Shown: positions 1 through 17,347 of the stretch, piece by piece
How the letters are laid out: each line of letters starts with the position of its first letter
How positions within the stretch are numbered: the stretch's first letter is position 1
Assembly: GCF_009914755.1 (NCBI RefSeq)
Contig: NC_060947.1
Reading direction: 5' to 3' (one strand)
DNA from: the human T2T-CHM13v2.0 reference genome, Homo sapiens
DNA: 64,000 bases
Made by a program: the position numbers and the translations under genes
The notes under the pieces: model-generated
Database searches by the model: none
What the model was told of the DNA's origin: nothing
What the model saw: the letters and a program-made list of their open reading frames with translations, nothing else

Positions 1-145
1 CCACACCGGGCTAATTTTTGTATTTTTAGTAGAAACGCGATTTCACCATATTGGCCAGGCTGGTCTCGAACTCCTGACCTCATGATCAGCCTGACTCGGC
101 CTCCCAAAGTGCTGGGATTACAGGCCTGAGCCATCGCGCCCAGCC
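1..145 (-). mobile_element. Alu (partial, cut by window edge)
   Basis: Antisense Alu left arm (ctcccaaagtgctgggattacaggc...cccagcc). Confidence 0.95.
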
Positions 146-384
146 TGAGAATACATCTTTATAGAATACTCAGTATAGTGCTCTGCCTCCACACCCTGCT
201 AAATTAAACTGGTTGTTACTGGGAAAAAAAAATCTCCTGTTTGGGTTTTACCAAGAGACACACACACTTTGACTTTAGTCCTGTCCCCCTCCCAGTGAAA
301 GTGGCAAAAACAATAACTGAAGGATTTAGGCATTACTGTACTCTCTTTTCTTGGGCAGTAGGTAAAAGTTATTTTAAAATTAAC

Positions 385-2230
<1,846 letters not shown>

Positions 2231-2231
2231 T

Positions 2232-2236
2232 AAAAA

Positions 2237-2288
<52 letters not shown>
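2232..2288. repeat. polyA plus (TA)n microsatellite
   Basis: A run followed by about 20 TA units. Confidence 0.95.
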
Positions 2289-2291
<3 letters not shown>

Positions 2292-2395
2292 CTCTTGTTA
2301 CATATTAAAGAATTCCTTAATATGACTAAAAAATCAGTTTTTAAATTTCCCTGGCATAAAACAATCTATGAAGACCGTTTAATAAATTGATGTTT

Positions 2396-4609
<2,214 letters not shown>

Positions 4610-4778
4610 CTACACATACACTCTGAGCTGAAGCATCTTATCCATCTGTCAGAGGCTGGTTCAAGTTGTAGGCTTGAAGGCTGGGATTTGAGTCTTGACC
4701 TAGGCGAAAACAAGGACCAGGGCCTGGCCAGGAAAGGATCAAAAGGATACTGTTCACAACAACCCTTCCTATGAGTAG

Positions 4779-5128
<350 letters not shown>

Positions 5129-5959
5129 CATGTTCATACTCTTTCTTCTTTTTTAATTTTCTTCTTCTTCTTATACTTTAAGTTCTGGAGTATATGTGCA
5201 GAACTTGCAGGTTTGTTACATAGGTATACATGTGCCATGGTGGTTTGCTGCACCCATCAACCTGTCATCTACATTAGGTATCTCTCCTAGTGCTATCCCT
5301 CCTCTAGCCCCCTACCCCCTGACAGGCCCCAGTGTGTGATGTTCCCCACCCTGTGTCCATGTGTTCTCATTGTTCAACTCCCACTTATGAGTGAGAACGT
5401 GAGGTGTTTGGTTTTATGTTCTTGTGTTAGTTTGGTAAGAATGATGGTTTCCAGCTTCATCCATGTCCCTGCAAAGGACTTGAACTCATCCTTTTTTATG
5501 GCTGCATAGTATTCCATGGTGTATGTGTGCCACATTTTCTTTATCTAGTCTATCATTGATGGACATTTGGGTTGGTTCCAAGTCTTTGCTATTGTGAACA
5601 GTGCCACAATAAACATACATGTGCATGTGTCTTTATAGTAGAATGATTCATAAACCTCTTGGTATATACTCAGTAATGGGATTGCTGGGTCAAATGGTAT
5701 TTCTGTTTCTAGATCTTTGAGGAATCGCCACACTGTCTTCCACAATGTTTGAACTAACTTGCACTCCCACCAGCAGTGTAAAAGCATTCCTATTTCTCCA
5801 CATCCTCTCCAGCATCTGTTGTTTCCTGACATTTTAATGATCCCCTTTCTAACTGGCATAAGATGATATCTCATTGTGATTTTGATTTACATTTCTCTAA
5901 TGACCAGTGATGATGACCCTTTTTTTTCATGTTTGTTGGCTGTATAAATGTCTTCTTTT

Positions 5960-6277
5960 GCTGGGTGTGGTGGCTCACGCCTGTAATCCCAGCACTTTGG
6001 GAGCCTGAGGTGGGTGGATCACGAGGTCAGGAGTTCAAGACCAGCCTGGCCAAGATGCTGAAACCGCGTCTCTACTAAAAATACAAAAATTAGCCAGGCA
6101 TGGTGGCAGGCACCTCTAATCCCCACTACTTGGGAGGCTGAGGTAGGAGAATCACTTGAACCCTGGGTGGGTGGAGGTTGCAGTGAGCCAAGATTGCACC
6201 ACTGCATTCCAGCCTGGGTGACAGAGTGACACTCCATCTCAAAAAATAAATAAATAAAATAAAATAAAATAAAAATA
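5960..6277 (+). mobile_element. Alu inserted in L1 ORF2
   Basis: Sense Alu with TSD aaatgtcttctttt on both sides. Confidence 0.95.
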
Positions 6278-9200
6278 AATGTCTTCTTTTGAGAAATGTC
6301 TGTTCATATCCTTCGCCCACTTTTTGTTGGGGTTGTTTGTTTTTTTTCTTGTAAATTTGTTTAAGTTCTTTGTAGATTCTGGATATTAGCCTTTGTCAGA
6401 TGGATAGATTGCAAAAATTTTCTCCCATTCTGTAGGTTGCCTGTTCACTCTGATGATAGTTTCTTTTGCTGTGCAGAAGCTCTTTAGTTTAATTACATCC
6501 CATTTGTCAATTTTGGCTTTTGTTGCCATTGCTTTTGATGTTTTAGTCATGAAGTTTTTGTCCATGCCTGTGTCCTGAATGGTATTGCCTTGGATTTCTT
6601 CTAGGGTTTTTATGGTTTTAGGTCTTACATTTAAGTCTTTAATCCATCTTGAGTTAATTTTTGTATAAGGTGTAAAGAAGGGGTCCAGTTTCATTTTTCC
6701 GTATATGGCTTACCAGTTTTCCCAACACCATTTATTAAATAGGGAATCCTTTTCCTATTGCTTGTTTTTGTCAGGTTTACCAAAGGTCAGATGGTTGTAG
6801 ATGTGTGGTGTTATTTCTGAGGCCTCTATTCTGTTCCATTGGTCTATATATCTGTTTTGGTACCAGTACCATGTGGTTTTGGTTACTGTAGACTCGTAGT
6901 ATAGTTTGAAGTCAGGTAGCGTGATGCCTCCAGCTTTGTTCTTCTTGCTTAGGATTGTCTGCTATGTGGGCTCTTTTTTGGTTCCATATGAAATTTAAAG
7001 TAGTATTTTTCTAATTGTGTGAAGAAAGTCAATTGTAGCTTGATGGGGATAGCATTGAATCTATAAATTACTTTGGTCATTATGGCCATTTTCACGATAT
7101 TGATTCCTCCTATCCATGAACATGGAATGTTTTTCCATTTGTTTGTGTCCTTCTTTAATTTGTTGAGCAGTGGTTTGTAGTTCTCCTTGAAGAGGTCCTT
7201 CACATCCCTTGTAAGTTGTATTCCTAAGTATTTTATTCTCTTAGTAGCAATTGTGAATGTTGTGAATGGGAGTTCATTCATGATTTGGCTCTCTGTCTAT
7301 TACTGATGTATAGGTATGTTTGTGATTTTTGCACATTAATTTTGTATCCTGAGACTTTGCTGAATTTGCTTATCAGCTTAAAAATATTTTGGGCTGAGAT
7401 GATGGGGTTTTCTAAATATACAATCATGTCATCTACAAAACAGAGACAATTTGACTTCCTCTCTTCCTGTTTGAGTACCCTTTATTTCTTTATCTTGCCT
7501 GATTGCCCTGGCCAGAACTTCCAATATTAGGTTGAAGACGAGTGGTGAGAGAGAGCATCCCTGTCTTGTGCCAGTTTTCAAAGGGAATGCTTCCAGTTTT
7601 TGCCCATTCAGTATGATGATGGCTGTGGGTTTGTCATAAATAGCTCTTATTATTTTGAGATACATTCCATCAACACCTAGTTTATTGAGAGTTTGTAGCA
7701 TGAAAAGGTGTTGAATTTTGTCAAAGGCCTTTACTGCATCTTTTGAGATAATCATGTGGTTTTTGTCATTGGTACTGTTTATGTGGTGGATTACAGTTAT
7801 TGATTTGTGGATGTTGAACCAGCCTTCCATCCTAGGGATGAAGCCGACTTGGTCATGGTGGATAAGCTTTTTGATGTGCTGCTGGATTCGGTTTGCCAGT
7901 ATTTTATTGAAGATTTTTGCATCGATATTCATCAGGGATATTGGCCTGAAATTTTCTTTTTTTTGTTGTGTCTCTGCCAGGTTTTGGTATAAGCATGATG
8001 CTGGCATCATCAAATGAGTTAGGGAGGAGTCCCTCTTTTGCTATTGTTTGGAATAGTTTCAGAAGGAATGATAACAGCTCCTTCTCTCTCTTCTTCTTCA
8101 TTATTCTGGCTAGCAGTCTATCTATTTTGTTGATCTTTTCACAAAACCAGCTCCTGGATTCATTGATATTTTGAAGGGTTTTTTTTGTGTATCTATATCC
8201 TTCAGTTCTGCTCTGATCTTAGTTATTTCTTGTCTTCTGCTAACTTTTGAATTTGTTTGCTCTTGATTCTCTAGTTCTTTTAATTGTGATGTTAGGGTGT
8301 CAACTTTAGATCTTTCCTGCTTTCTCTTGTAGGCATTTAGTGCTATAAATTTCCCTCTAAACACTACTTGAGCTGTGTTCCAGAGATTCTGGTACGTTGT
8401 ATCTTTGGTCTCATTGGTTTCAAAGAATTTATTTATTTCTGCCTTAATTTCATTATTTACCCAGTAGTAATTCAGCAGCAGGTTGTTCAGTTTCCAGTAG
8501 TTGTGCGTTTTTGAGTTAGTTTCTTAATCCTGAGTCCTCATTTGATTGCACTGTAATCTGAGAGACAGTTTATTACAATTTCTATTCTTTTGCATTTGCT
8601 GAGGAGAGTTTTACTTCCAATTATGTGGTGAATTTTAGAATAAGTGTGACCTGGTGCTGAGAAGAATGTATATTCTGTTGATTTGGAGTGGAGAGTTCTG
8701 TAGATGTCTATTAGGTCCACTTGGTCCAGAGTTTAGTTCAAGTCCTGAATATCCTTGTTAATTTTCTGTGTCATTGATCTGTCTAATATTGACAGTGGGG
8801 TGTTAAAGCCTCCCACTATTATTGTGTAGGAGTCTGAGTCTCCTTGTAGGTCTCTAAGAACTTGCTTTATGAATCTGGTTTCTCCTGTATTGGGTGCATA
8901 TATATTTAGGATAATTCGCTCTTCTTGTTGCATTGTTCCCTTTACCATTATGTAATGCCCTTCATTGTCTCTTTTGATCTTTGTTGGTTTAAAGTCTGTT
9001 TTATCAGAGACTAGGATTGCAACCCTTGTTTTTTGTTGTTGTTGTTGCTTTTTTTTTGTTTTTTTGTTTTTTGTTTGTTTTTTTTTTGCTTGGTAAATAT
9101 TCCTCCATCCCTTTATTTTGAGCCTATGTGTGTGTTTGCACGTGAGATGGGTCTCCAGAATACAGCACACTGATGGGTCTTGACTCTTTATCCAATTTGC

Positions 9201-9780
9201 CAGTCTGTGTATTTTTACTGGGGTATTTGGCCCATTTATATTTAAGGTTAATATTGTTATGTGTGAATTTGATCCTGTCATTATGATGCTAGCTGGTTAT
9301 TTTCCTGTTAGTTGATGCAGTTTCTTCATAGTATCGATGTTCTTTGTAATTTGGTATGGTGGCTGGTACTGGTTGTTCATTTCCATGTTTAGTGCTTCTT
9401 TTAGTCACTCTTGTAAGGCAGGCCTGTTGGTGACAAAATCTCTCAGCATTTGCTTGTCTGTAAAGGATTTTATTTCTTCTTCGCTTATGAATCTTAGTTT
9501 GGCTGGATATGAAATTCTGGGTTGAAAATTATTTTCTTTAAGACTGTTGAATGTTGGCCCCCACTCTCTTCTGGCTTGTAGGGTTTGTGCAGAGAGATCT
9601 GCTGTTAGTATGATGCGCTTCTTTTTGTGAGCAACCTGACCTTTCTCTCTGGCTGCCCTTAACATTTTTTTCCTTCATTTCAACCTTGGTGAATCTGATG
9701 ATTATGTGTCTTGTGGTTGCTTTTCTCAAGGTATATCTTTGTGTTGTTCTCTGTATTTCCTGAATTTGAATGTTGGCCTG

Positions 9781-10293
9781 TGCCAAGACCAACTCGGTCA
9801 GGGAGACCCTAACCCAGTGGCGCTAGAGGAATTAAAGACACACACACAGAAATATAAAGGTGTGAAGTGGGAAATCTGGGGTCTCACTGCCTTCAGAGCT
9901 GAGAGCCCCAAACAGAGATTTACCCATGTATTTATTAACAGCAAGCTAGTCATTAGCATTGTTTCTATAGATATTAAATTAACTAAAAGTATCCCTTTTG
10001 GGAAACGAAAGGATGGGCCAAATTAAAGGAATAGGTTGGGCTAGTTAACTGCAGCAGGAGCATGTCCTTAAGGCACAGATCACTCAGGCTATTGTTTGTG
10101 GCTCAAGAATGCCTTTAAGAGATTTTCTGTCCTGGGTGGGCCAGGTGTTCCTTGCCCTCATTCCCGTAAACCCACAACCTTCTGGCATGGGTGTTAGGGC
10201 CATTATGAACATGTTACAGTGCTGCAGAGATTTTGTTTATGGCCAGTTTTGCTGCCAGTTTATGTCCAGATTTTGGGGGGCCTGCTCCCAACA
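9781..10293 (-). mobile_element. Solo MER9-type LTR (HERV-K HML-3 group) inserted in L1 ORF1
   Basis: 513 bp; on minus begins tgttgggagcaggcccccc and ends ...tcttggca (TG...CA termini); 6-bp TSD GGCCTG at 9775 and 10294; L1 ORF1 resumes across it. Family name recalled from consensus. Confidence 0.88.
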
Positions 10294-12569
10294 GGCCTGT
10301 CTCGCTAGGTTGGGGAAGTTCTCCTGGATAATATCCTGAAGAGTGTTTTCCAACTTGGCTCCATTCTCCCGGTCACTTTCAGGTACACCAATCAAATGTA
10401 GGTTTGGTCTTGTCACATAGTCCCATATTTCTTGGAGGCTTTGTTTGTGCCTTTTCATTCTTTTTTCTCTAATCTTGTCTTCACACTTTATTTCATTAAG
10501 TTGATCTTCAAACTCTGATATCCTTTCTTCTGCTTGATTGATTTGGCTATTGATACTTGTGTATGCTTCACGAAGTTCTTGTGGTGTGTTTTTCAGCTCC
10601 ATCAGGTCATTTATGTTCTTCTCTAAACTAGTTATTCTAGGTAGCAATTCATCTAGCCTTTTTTCAGGATCTTATCTTCCTTGCCTTGTGTTAGAACATG
10701 CTCCTTTAGCTTGGAGGAGTTTGTTATTACCCACCTTCTGAAGCCTACTTCTGTCAATCTGTCAAACTCATTCTCCATCCAGTTTTGTTCCTTTGCTGGC
10801 AAGGAGTTGTGATCCTTTAGACGTATTCTGGTTTTTTGAATTTTCAGCCTTTTTACAGTGGTTTCTCCCCATCTTCGTGGATTTATCTACCTTTGGTCTT
10901 TGATGTTGGTGACCTTCGGATGGAGTTTCTGAGTGGACATCCTTTTTTGTTGATGTTGATGCTATTACTTTCTGTTTGTTAGTTTTCCCTCTAACAGTCA
11001 GGCCCTTCTGCTGCAGGTCTGCTGGAGTTTCCTGGAGGTCCACCCCAGACCTTATTTGCCTGGGTATCACCAGCAGAGTCTGCAGAACAGCAAAGATTGC
11101 TGCCCGTTCCTTCCTCTGGAAGCTTTGTCCCAGAGGGGCAACCACCAGATGCCAGCTGGAGCTCTCCTGTATGAGGTGTCTGTCTGCCCCTGCTTGGAGG
11201 TGTCTCTCAGTCAGGAGACATGGGCATCAAGGACCCACTTGAGAAGGCAGTCTGACCCTTAGCAGAGCTCCAATGCTGTGCTGGGAGATCTGCTGCTCTC
11301 TTCAGAGCCAGCAGGCAGGGACATTCAAGTGAGCTGAAGCTGTGCCCACAGCAGCCCCTTCCCCCAGGTGCTCTGTCCCAGGGAGATGGGGGTTTTATCT
11401 ATAAGCCCCTGACTGGGGCTGCTGCCTCTTTTTCACAGATGCCCTGCCCAGAGAGGAGGAATCTAGAGAGACTGTCTGACTACAGTGGCTTTGCTGAGCT
11501 ATGGAGGGCTCTGCCCAGTTGGAACTTCCCCAGGGGCTTTGTTTACACTGTGAGGGGAAAAACGTCTACTCAAGCCTCAGTAATGGTGGACTCCCCTCTC
11601 CTCACAAAAGCTCCAGTGTCCCAGGTTGACTTCAGACTGCTGTGCTGGCAGTGAGAATTTCAAGCCAGTGGATCTTAGCTGCTGGGCTCCATGGCTGTGG
11701 GATCCACTGAGTTAGACCATTTGGCTCCCTGGCTTCAGCCCCCTTTCCAGGGTAGTGAATGGTTCTGTCTCACTGGTGTTCCAGGCACCACTGGCGTATG
11801 AAAAAAAAACTCCTGCAGCTAGCTCAGTGTCTGCCCAAATGGCTGCCCAGTTTTGTGCTCAAAACCCAGGGCCCTGGTGGCATAGGTACCCGAGGGAATC
11901 TCCTGGTCTGTGGGTTGTGAAGACCATGGGAAAAGCATAGTATAGGGGCCAGAGTGCACCGTTCCTCATGGCAAAGTCGCTCACAGCTTCCCTTGGCTAG
12001 GGGAGAGAGTTCCCCAACCCCTTGCATTTCCCGGGTGAGATGATGCCTCACCCTGCTTTGGCCCGCCCTCCGTGGGCTGCATCCACTGTCTAACCAGTCC
12101 CAATGAGATAAACCAGGTACCTCAGTCGGAAATGCAGAAATCTTCTGCCTTCTGTGTTGATCTTGCTGGGAGCTGAGGACTGGAGCTGTTCCTATTTGGC
12201 CATCTTGCCTGAGTCTAGCCATGTTCATATTCTTAATGCCCATCAATGAAGTGGGTGCTTTCATCTCTACTTGTTAGATGAGGAAATTAAGTCTCAAGAA
12301 GGAAGAGGCCCTCCAAGGCCACAGTGAGTGAGTATCAAAACTGACTACAAATCAGGCCTTGTAAACTCAGGTCTGTGGCTTCCAAACTACTATGATTTTC
12401 CCCAAATTTGTCCTCTGTCAGTTGCCCATGGCAGAACTGCTCTCAGAGATAATCCCCACTCACCTTATCTGAGCCCTGGAGATTTGGGGGAGAATGGACA
12501 TCACTAAAGGAGGGCAGGGGCAGAAGGAGCACTTTGGCTGACACTACCCAGGCGAGGACGTGGCTGCAG

Positions 12570-12708
12570 CATTTCCACAGAAGTGGTACAGTCTCCTCTG
12601 CAAGATAGGCCTCTTGGAGGAATTCATTTTTCTGAAGCTCAAGAAGCCTGGACAAATCTTGTCAGCCCTATAACCTTCAGCCATGGCATTTATCTCATAC
12701 ATAACCTG
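12570..12708 (+). pseudogene. MROH-like exon A
   Basis: After ctgcag: ISTEVVQS/LCKIGLLEEFIFLK/QEAWTNLVSPITFSHGIYLI with two frameshifts (/); probable donor gtacc at 12709. Confidence 0.65.
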
Positions 12709-13482
12709 GTACCAAGAGGGCCTGGGAATATCACCCCCTCCCCTGAGGAAGTAAATAGGGAGTAGCAGCTCGTTCAATAAACAGACGCAGGGAGTCATTG
12801 AGCACCGTTCAATGGAGTGGAGAAAGAGAGGAGCAGAAAAAGAGAGGAAACCCTGACGGTCAGCCTCTGTATCCTGGCTGTAACCCCAGGATCCATGAGA
12901 AGGATTCAACGGGGCTGGCTGAAGAGTCAGTTCTTTGTTATACTTCTCTATTCATTTCTTCTCTGGATCCTAAAGCCACCCCTGACCCCTATTCATTGAA
13001 CAAGGGACAACCTGGCTGTTTTCTTACTCCTCTTGGTGCCCATGGGCAAGATAGAGGTAGTATGAGGGCCCGATAATCTTGTATCTTAGATGTGAAAAAA
13101 CGAAGGGATGTGATGTCCCCAGGGTCTACCCTAGGGGAACAAAAGCATTAGACATTTTACTCCTTGAAATTGCAAGACAGATCTAAATGTTGGGTCACAG
13201 GCAGGACCCTGGCCATTAGCAGCTACTCTTGGGCTCTGCTTGGCTCAGAGAGGGAGCCAGCAGGGGCCTCAGTGTAGGAGTTTGGGGTCAGATCTGAGAA
13301 CCTTCAGCTTCCCTATAGAAAAAAAAAAAAAACAATCTCCCAAGTCCCTCCCCAAAAGCTCCTGCAAGAATTCTTCAGGCTGCCACTGTCCCCAGGCCAT
13401 ATTCAGCTATGGAGACAGTATACCAGCCTTCCTAAATGCTGGTTTTGATACCAGTCTTATGGCTCAAGTTTCTCTGTTCCAG

Positions 13483-13597
13483 GGCCATGGTGGAGTTCTA
13501 CTGTCTCCAGATTTCAGGAATTCTCTTGTATTCCATTATCATATACCAGACTGAGGATAAGAGGCACAGAATTGCAGCCATGGTCTTCTTCACCAAG
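13483..13597 (+). pseudogene. MROH-like exon B (open frame, intact splice sites)
   Basis: ttccag|G GCC ATG...ACC AAG|gtaaga; 115 nt; (R)AMVEFYCLQISGILLYSIIIYQTEDKRHRIAAMVFFTK. Confidence 0.85.
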
Positions 13598-14153
13598 GTA
13601 AGAACTACCTCCACCCCACAGAAGCCAGGAGCTGGCCTAGGACAGACATGTATATCTTCCTCTAAATAAAACTTGCTTTTGTGCAGGACATTGCTCATTG
13701 TCTGGATTGTTGTATGACTCTAACCAGCCATTGACTCTGGGACTTGGTATAGTCATCTAGAAAATGAGGGGTTCAGACTAGAGAATATGGAAATCCATAG
13801 TATTTAAGACAAGAAGTTTCCTGGGGAGATCCCGTGGAATTTTTCTTGCCCTCCTGAAACCTTTTATCTCCTTGAAGAGAACAGATGCCAAGCATTTGTT
13901 CCTACTCTGGTAGGGACACACTTGGGATGACCCAGGTTACGGTTAGCAGGTGTAAGTCTTATATAGTTCCTTCAGTTCACCAGCATATGGTTCCAGTGGT
14001 CATTTATCCTCTGAGATCAGGGTAGTTGTGGGTTGGTAACAGGGCCACTGAGGGCAGAAGTGCCTCCTGCTTTGGGGAGGACTCTCTCAGCTGGCAGAAT
14101 ATGAGCTGGAAAGCCTTTCAGGGGCCCAAAACCTCAGGGACTGACTCTTCCAG

Positions 14154-14300
14154 CATTTTGAAACTCTCTGGTGTCCAAGTTGTTGTTTTGAGACTCGTTT
14201 CTGAGCTGTCTGTGTAAAGGCATCTGTGCCAGGAGCATGATGGCGAGGCTGGTGAGTCTGCATGGCTTCAACAACATCTTCCACACCCTGGGTATATTGG
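14154..14300 (+). pseudogene. MROH-like exon C
   Basis: After ttccag: VSKLLF*DSFLSCLCKGICARSMMARLVSLHGFNNIFHTL; in-frame stops; 3' boundary uncertain. Confidence 0.65.
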
Positions 14301-14932
14301 GTGCACAGGGCCCAAATGTGGGGTGAGATTCTGAGCAGAGGGAGGAAGGGAGGAATGCTCTAGCACCACTACCTCAGACCTTCCCTTAGCAAAGGCCATC
14401 CTCTAGGAATGGGGAAGCTGGGGAAGGTGGATTTTCTCATCACCCTCCTCCCCTTGCTGGGAAAGCATTAGTGTGCTCCATGATAGGCAGTGCGGCTTAG
14501 TGGAAAGACCCCTGGCCTTTCTGTTAATATCTGGGGGATCTTAGGCCTCCTCTGGGCACTTGAGTTAGATGCTTAACACTTGAAAGAACCTTGGTCTGGG
14601 ATTCAGTCACCCTGGATTCTCACTACAATTCTGTCCCTAACATACAGTGTGACACTGGGAAAATATCTTCATTTCCCTGGAACTTATTTTTCCCATCTGT
14701 AAAAGGTTTGTACTATTAATAGATGCCTAGCACTTTGCTTCAAAAGTCAGGACACCTAAGTTCTAGTCTCAGTTCCAATTTGCTACCAATTTGTTGTGTG
14801 ACCTTGTTCAAATCACTTTGGGCCTCATGTAAGTTTTCCCACCTGTCAGTGGAGAGGGATGCATTTGGATCCAGGGATCTCTGAGGTGCCTTCCTGATCT
14901 AACATTCCATGTGTCTGTGCTTGATGAACCAG

Positions 14933-15108
14933 AGTAGTTTCCATCAGGCCTAGCTGCCAGCCCTTCTGAATGCATTCTTTGAGACCAATGAGTAGGTGAT
15001 TTTGGCCAGCATGAGTGTCCTGTCAGACATATTCTACCCATTGGGTAAGTAACGCATGGGAACCTGGGCCTTGACATCACTGTTTCCTCAAAGTCCTTCT
15101 TTGATGAT
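14933..15108 (+). pseudogene. MROH-like exon D
   Basis: ccag|SSFHQA*LPALLNAFFETNE*VILASMSVLSDIFYPLGK*RMG/LGLDITVSSKSFFDD; three stops, one frameshift, donor reads GC rather than GT. Confidence 0.82.
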
Positions 15109-15367
15109 GCAAAATGTGCAAAGGGAATGACTGCATGTGTTTTTGGGGGTACCTGGGGCTCTTCAAATGTGTTCTGTGGAGGTTGTAGGTGGGTGAACCA
15201 AGTGTACAGAGCATGGGTACAGTGGAGAGATGATGACTCACACTCTGCCTCTGAGACCCAGGTCCACATGCCACCCTGGGAGGCTTTGTCTGACCCTCAC
15301 CACTACCACCTTCCCTCCAAGGCAGAATCAAATTAGCTCCCAGAGTCTTTTCCCCAGCCCTCTAGTG

Positions 15368-15769
15368 CAGGGGTCATCAAAATATTTCTGTAAAAGGTCA
15401 GAGAGTAAATATTTTCATCTTTGTGGGCTATATGGTCTCTATGACAATGGTTCAACTCTGCCATTGCAACCACAGACAACATGTAATTGAATGGGCATGG
15501 CTATGTGCCAATAAAACTTTATTTTCCAAAACAGGCTGGGTGCGGTGGTTCACGCCTGTAATCCCAGCCACTTGGGAGGCCAAAGTTGAACCCGGGAGGT
15601 GGAGATTGCAGTGAGCCAAGATTGTGCCGCTGCACTCCACAGCCTGGGTGACAGAGTAAGACTCTGTCTCCCAAAAAAAAAAAAAAAAAAAAAAAAAAGA
15701 AAATCAAACAAAAGAAAACTTTATTTTCCATCTAGACTTGGTCCCCAGCCTATAATTTTCCAACCCCTG
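15368..15769. mobile_element. MER58-like hAT-Charlie DNA transposon with nested deleted Alu (about 15534-15715, +)
   Basis: cagggg...cccctg terminal inverted repeats; 8-bp TSD (c/t)tctagtg. Confidence 0.8.
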
Positions 15770-16289
15770 TTCTAGTGTAATACTGAGCCCTATGAATTAT
15801 GGGCATTTTGTGTTCACGTTTGTTTCCTCTACCACACCAAGGGCAGGGATAGTGACTTAGTCATCATTTCTTTAACCTCAGAGGCCCACCCAGGGACTGG
15901 AAATTTTCAACTCAACTAATATTTATTAAATACCTACTATGTCTTCAGCTCCCCTCTGCCACCCCGCTATGTCCCAACATCATACACATGCAGAGAACTG
16001 AAACATGGGAAATGTCTGTTGAATTGTTTCACTTAAAACATGCATAAATAATTTTTGAAGCTGGGTGATGGGTTCATGGGCCTTCATTTTACTATTCTTA
16101 CTACTTCTGCATAGTTTTGAAAACTTTCATATGGAAAAGTTTTAAAAAAGAAAAAGAGTATAAGACAAAGAGCCAGAAGGAAGGATATCACACAGACCTA
16201 GGAGAACTTGCAAAGCAACATAAAGCATTAGTACTTGCAAACCAATCTGCTGAGTACATGTAGGAAGTACTGGATGTGTATAGGTAAGC

Positions 16290-16670
16290 ACAGAGGGTGA
16301 GAGTCTGTGTGAATGAGTGTGGTTGTGTGTCTCTGTGTCTGTATATCATTATGTGAGTGTGTAAAGAAACATAGTTGTGTGTGTTTGCAAAGGAGGCTTC
16401 ATTGTGACAGATTGTGGACATGTTTATGTCCAAAGGAGATGAATATGAATGTTCTGAGTGTGGCTAGATGTATATGTACAGGTTTGAGTGTATGCATATG
16501 TAGTGTGTGAGAGTCTGTATGTCCAGGTGTGTGCACTTGTGGATATTTTATGATAGTGTATGTGTGCGTCATACACACATACATCTTCGGGGGAGGTAGG
16601 TACATATGTTTCTGATCAAGGAGCAAGTTGCATGTGAGTATTTAATGGTAAACTTGTGTGTGTGTGTGCC
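16290..16670. repeat. Degenerate TG-rich low-complexity tract
   Basis: Dense gtgt/tatg motifs. Confidence 0.75.
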
Positions 16671-16832
16671 AAAGGAGTAATGGTGACTTACTCAGGGCTG
16701 TGAATCCGAGTGTACTATGTCCTCTACTGCTTGCCTGGGGAGCAGAGGTTGAGTGCTACAGAAATAGGCTCTCATGGCTGGGCTGGGGCCCAGGCACACA
16801 AGGCCCTAGACACATAGCCTTAATCTGCACAG

Positions 16833-16995
16833 GAGGAAGGCTGTGTCCACGCAAGAACTGTCGTCATGTTTAGAAACTTGGTGGGTAGTCTGGAGAACAA
16901 AGGGAATGTGACCTTCTTCCATGATCAGATTTGCCACAGGTTTATTCCCCTGCTCTTTCTTCCACCTCATAGATAAGAATAAGGAAGTGGTGAAG
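16833..16995 (+). pseudogene. MROH-like exon E
   Basis: cacag|EEGCVHARTVVMFRNLVGSLENKGNVTFFHDQICHRFIPLL/FHLIDKNKEVVK|gtgaac; one frameshift. Confidence 0.82.
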
Positions 16996-17063
16996 GTGAA
17001 CTCACAGCCCTCAGCTAATTTCTCCTATGTTCCCCTCTCCCTGCCCCCTTCTTCCCCTTGCAG

Positions 17064-17153
17064 CACCCCCAGTGTCTATGAGCAGCAAGCTCCAAGTTGG
17101 CCTCTAAAGTCACTGGATGCTCTGTTCCCTGTGGTTGTCTCAGGCCTGTTACT
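17064..17153 (+). pseudogene. MROH-like exon F (weak homology, strong splice sites)
   Basis: Long pyrimidine tract + ttgcag acceptor and gtaagc donor; its 3' frame (SWPLKSLDALFPVVVSGLL) joins exon G in phase. Confidence 0.55.
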
Positions 17154-17347
17154 GTAAGCAGGGATGCCTGGGCAAAGCCCACCTCTATTCCTGGAGCTCA
17201 GCTCACTGAAAACCTAAGTTGGTTGATACCCACCCAACTGCCTTTTCGCTTGTCTCCTCCAGGAATCAAAGGTCTCTTGTCCTATCCTATCCCTTTTCCT
17301 TTCTCCCCTTTTTATTTCCCCTGGTTAGGACTGGGCTAGAGGCCCAC

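Larger units (their letters stand above)
5144..12219 (-). mobile_element. Full-length, inactive older L1PA element with nested Alu and MER9 LTR and an internal ORF2 deletion near 8080
   Basis: 5'UTR start (caagatggccaaataggaacagctcc on minus); ORF1 fragments (LQEIWDYV, ISYPAKL); ORF2 EN (MTGSNSHITILTLN), RT ([10 protein letters not shown]) and C-terminal (CWRGCGEIG) fragments with many frameshifts; TSD catgttcata(c/t)tctt at 5129 and 12220. Confidence 0.96.

Noticed and set aside
12420-12490. Additional upstream MROH exon (LPMAELLSEIIPTHLI*AL)
   Set aside because: Similarity too weak and no clear donor site.
14808-15269. 153-aa minus-strand ORF
   Set aside because: No recognisable homology; it overlaps MROH-like exon D, which explains the region on the plus strand.
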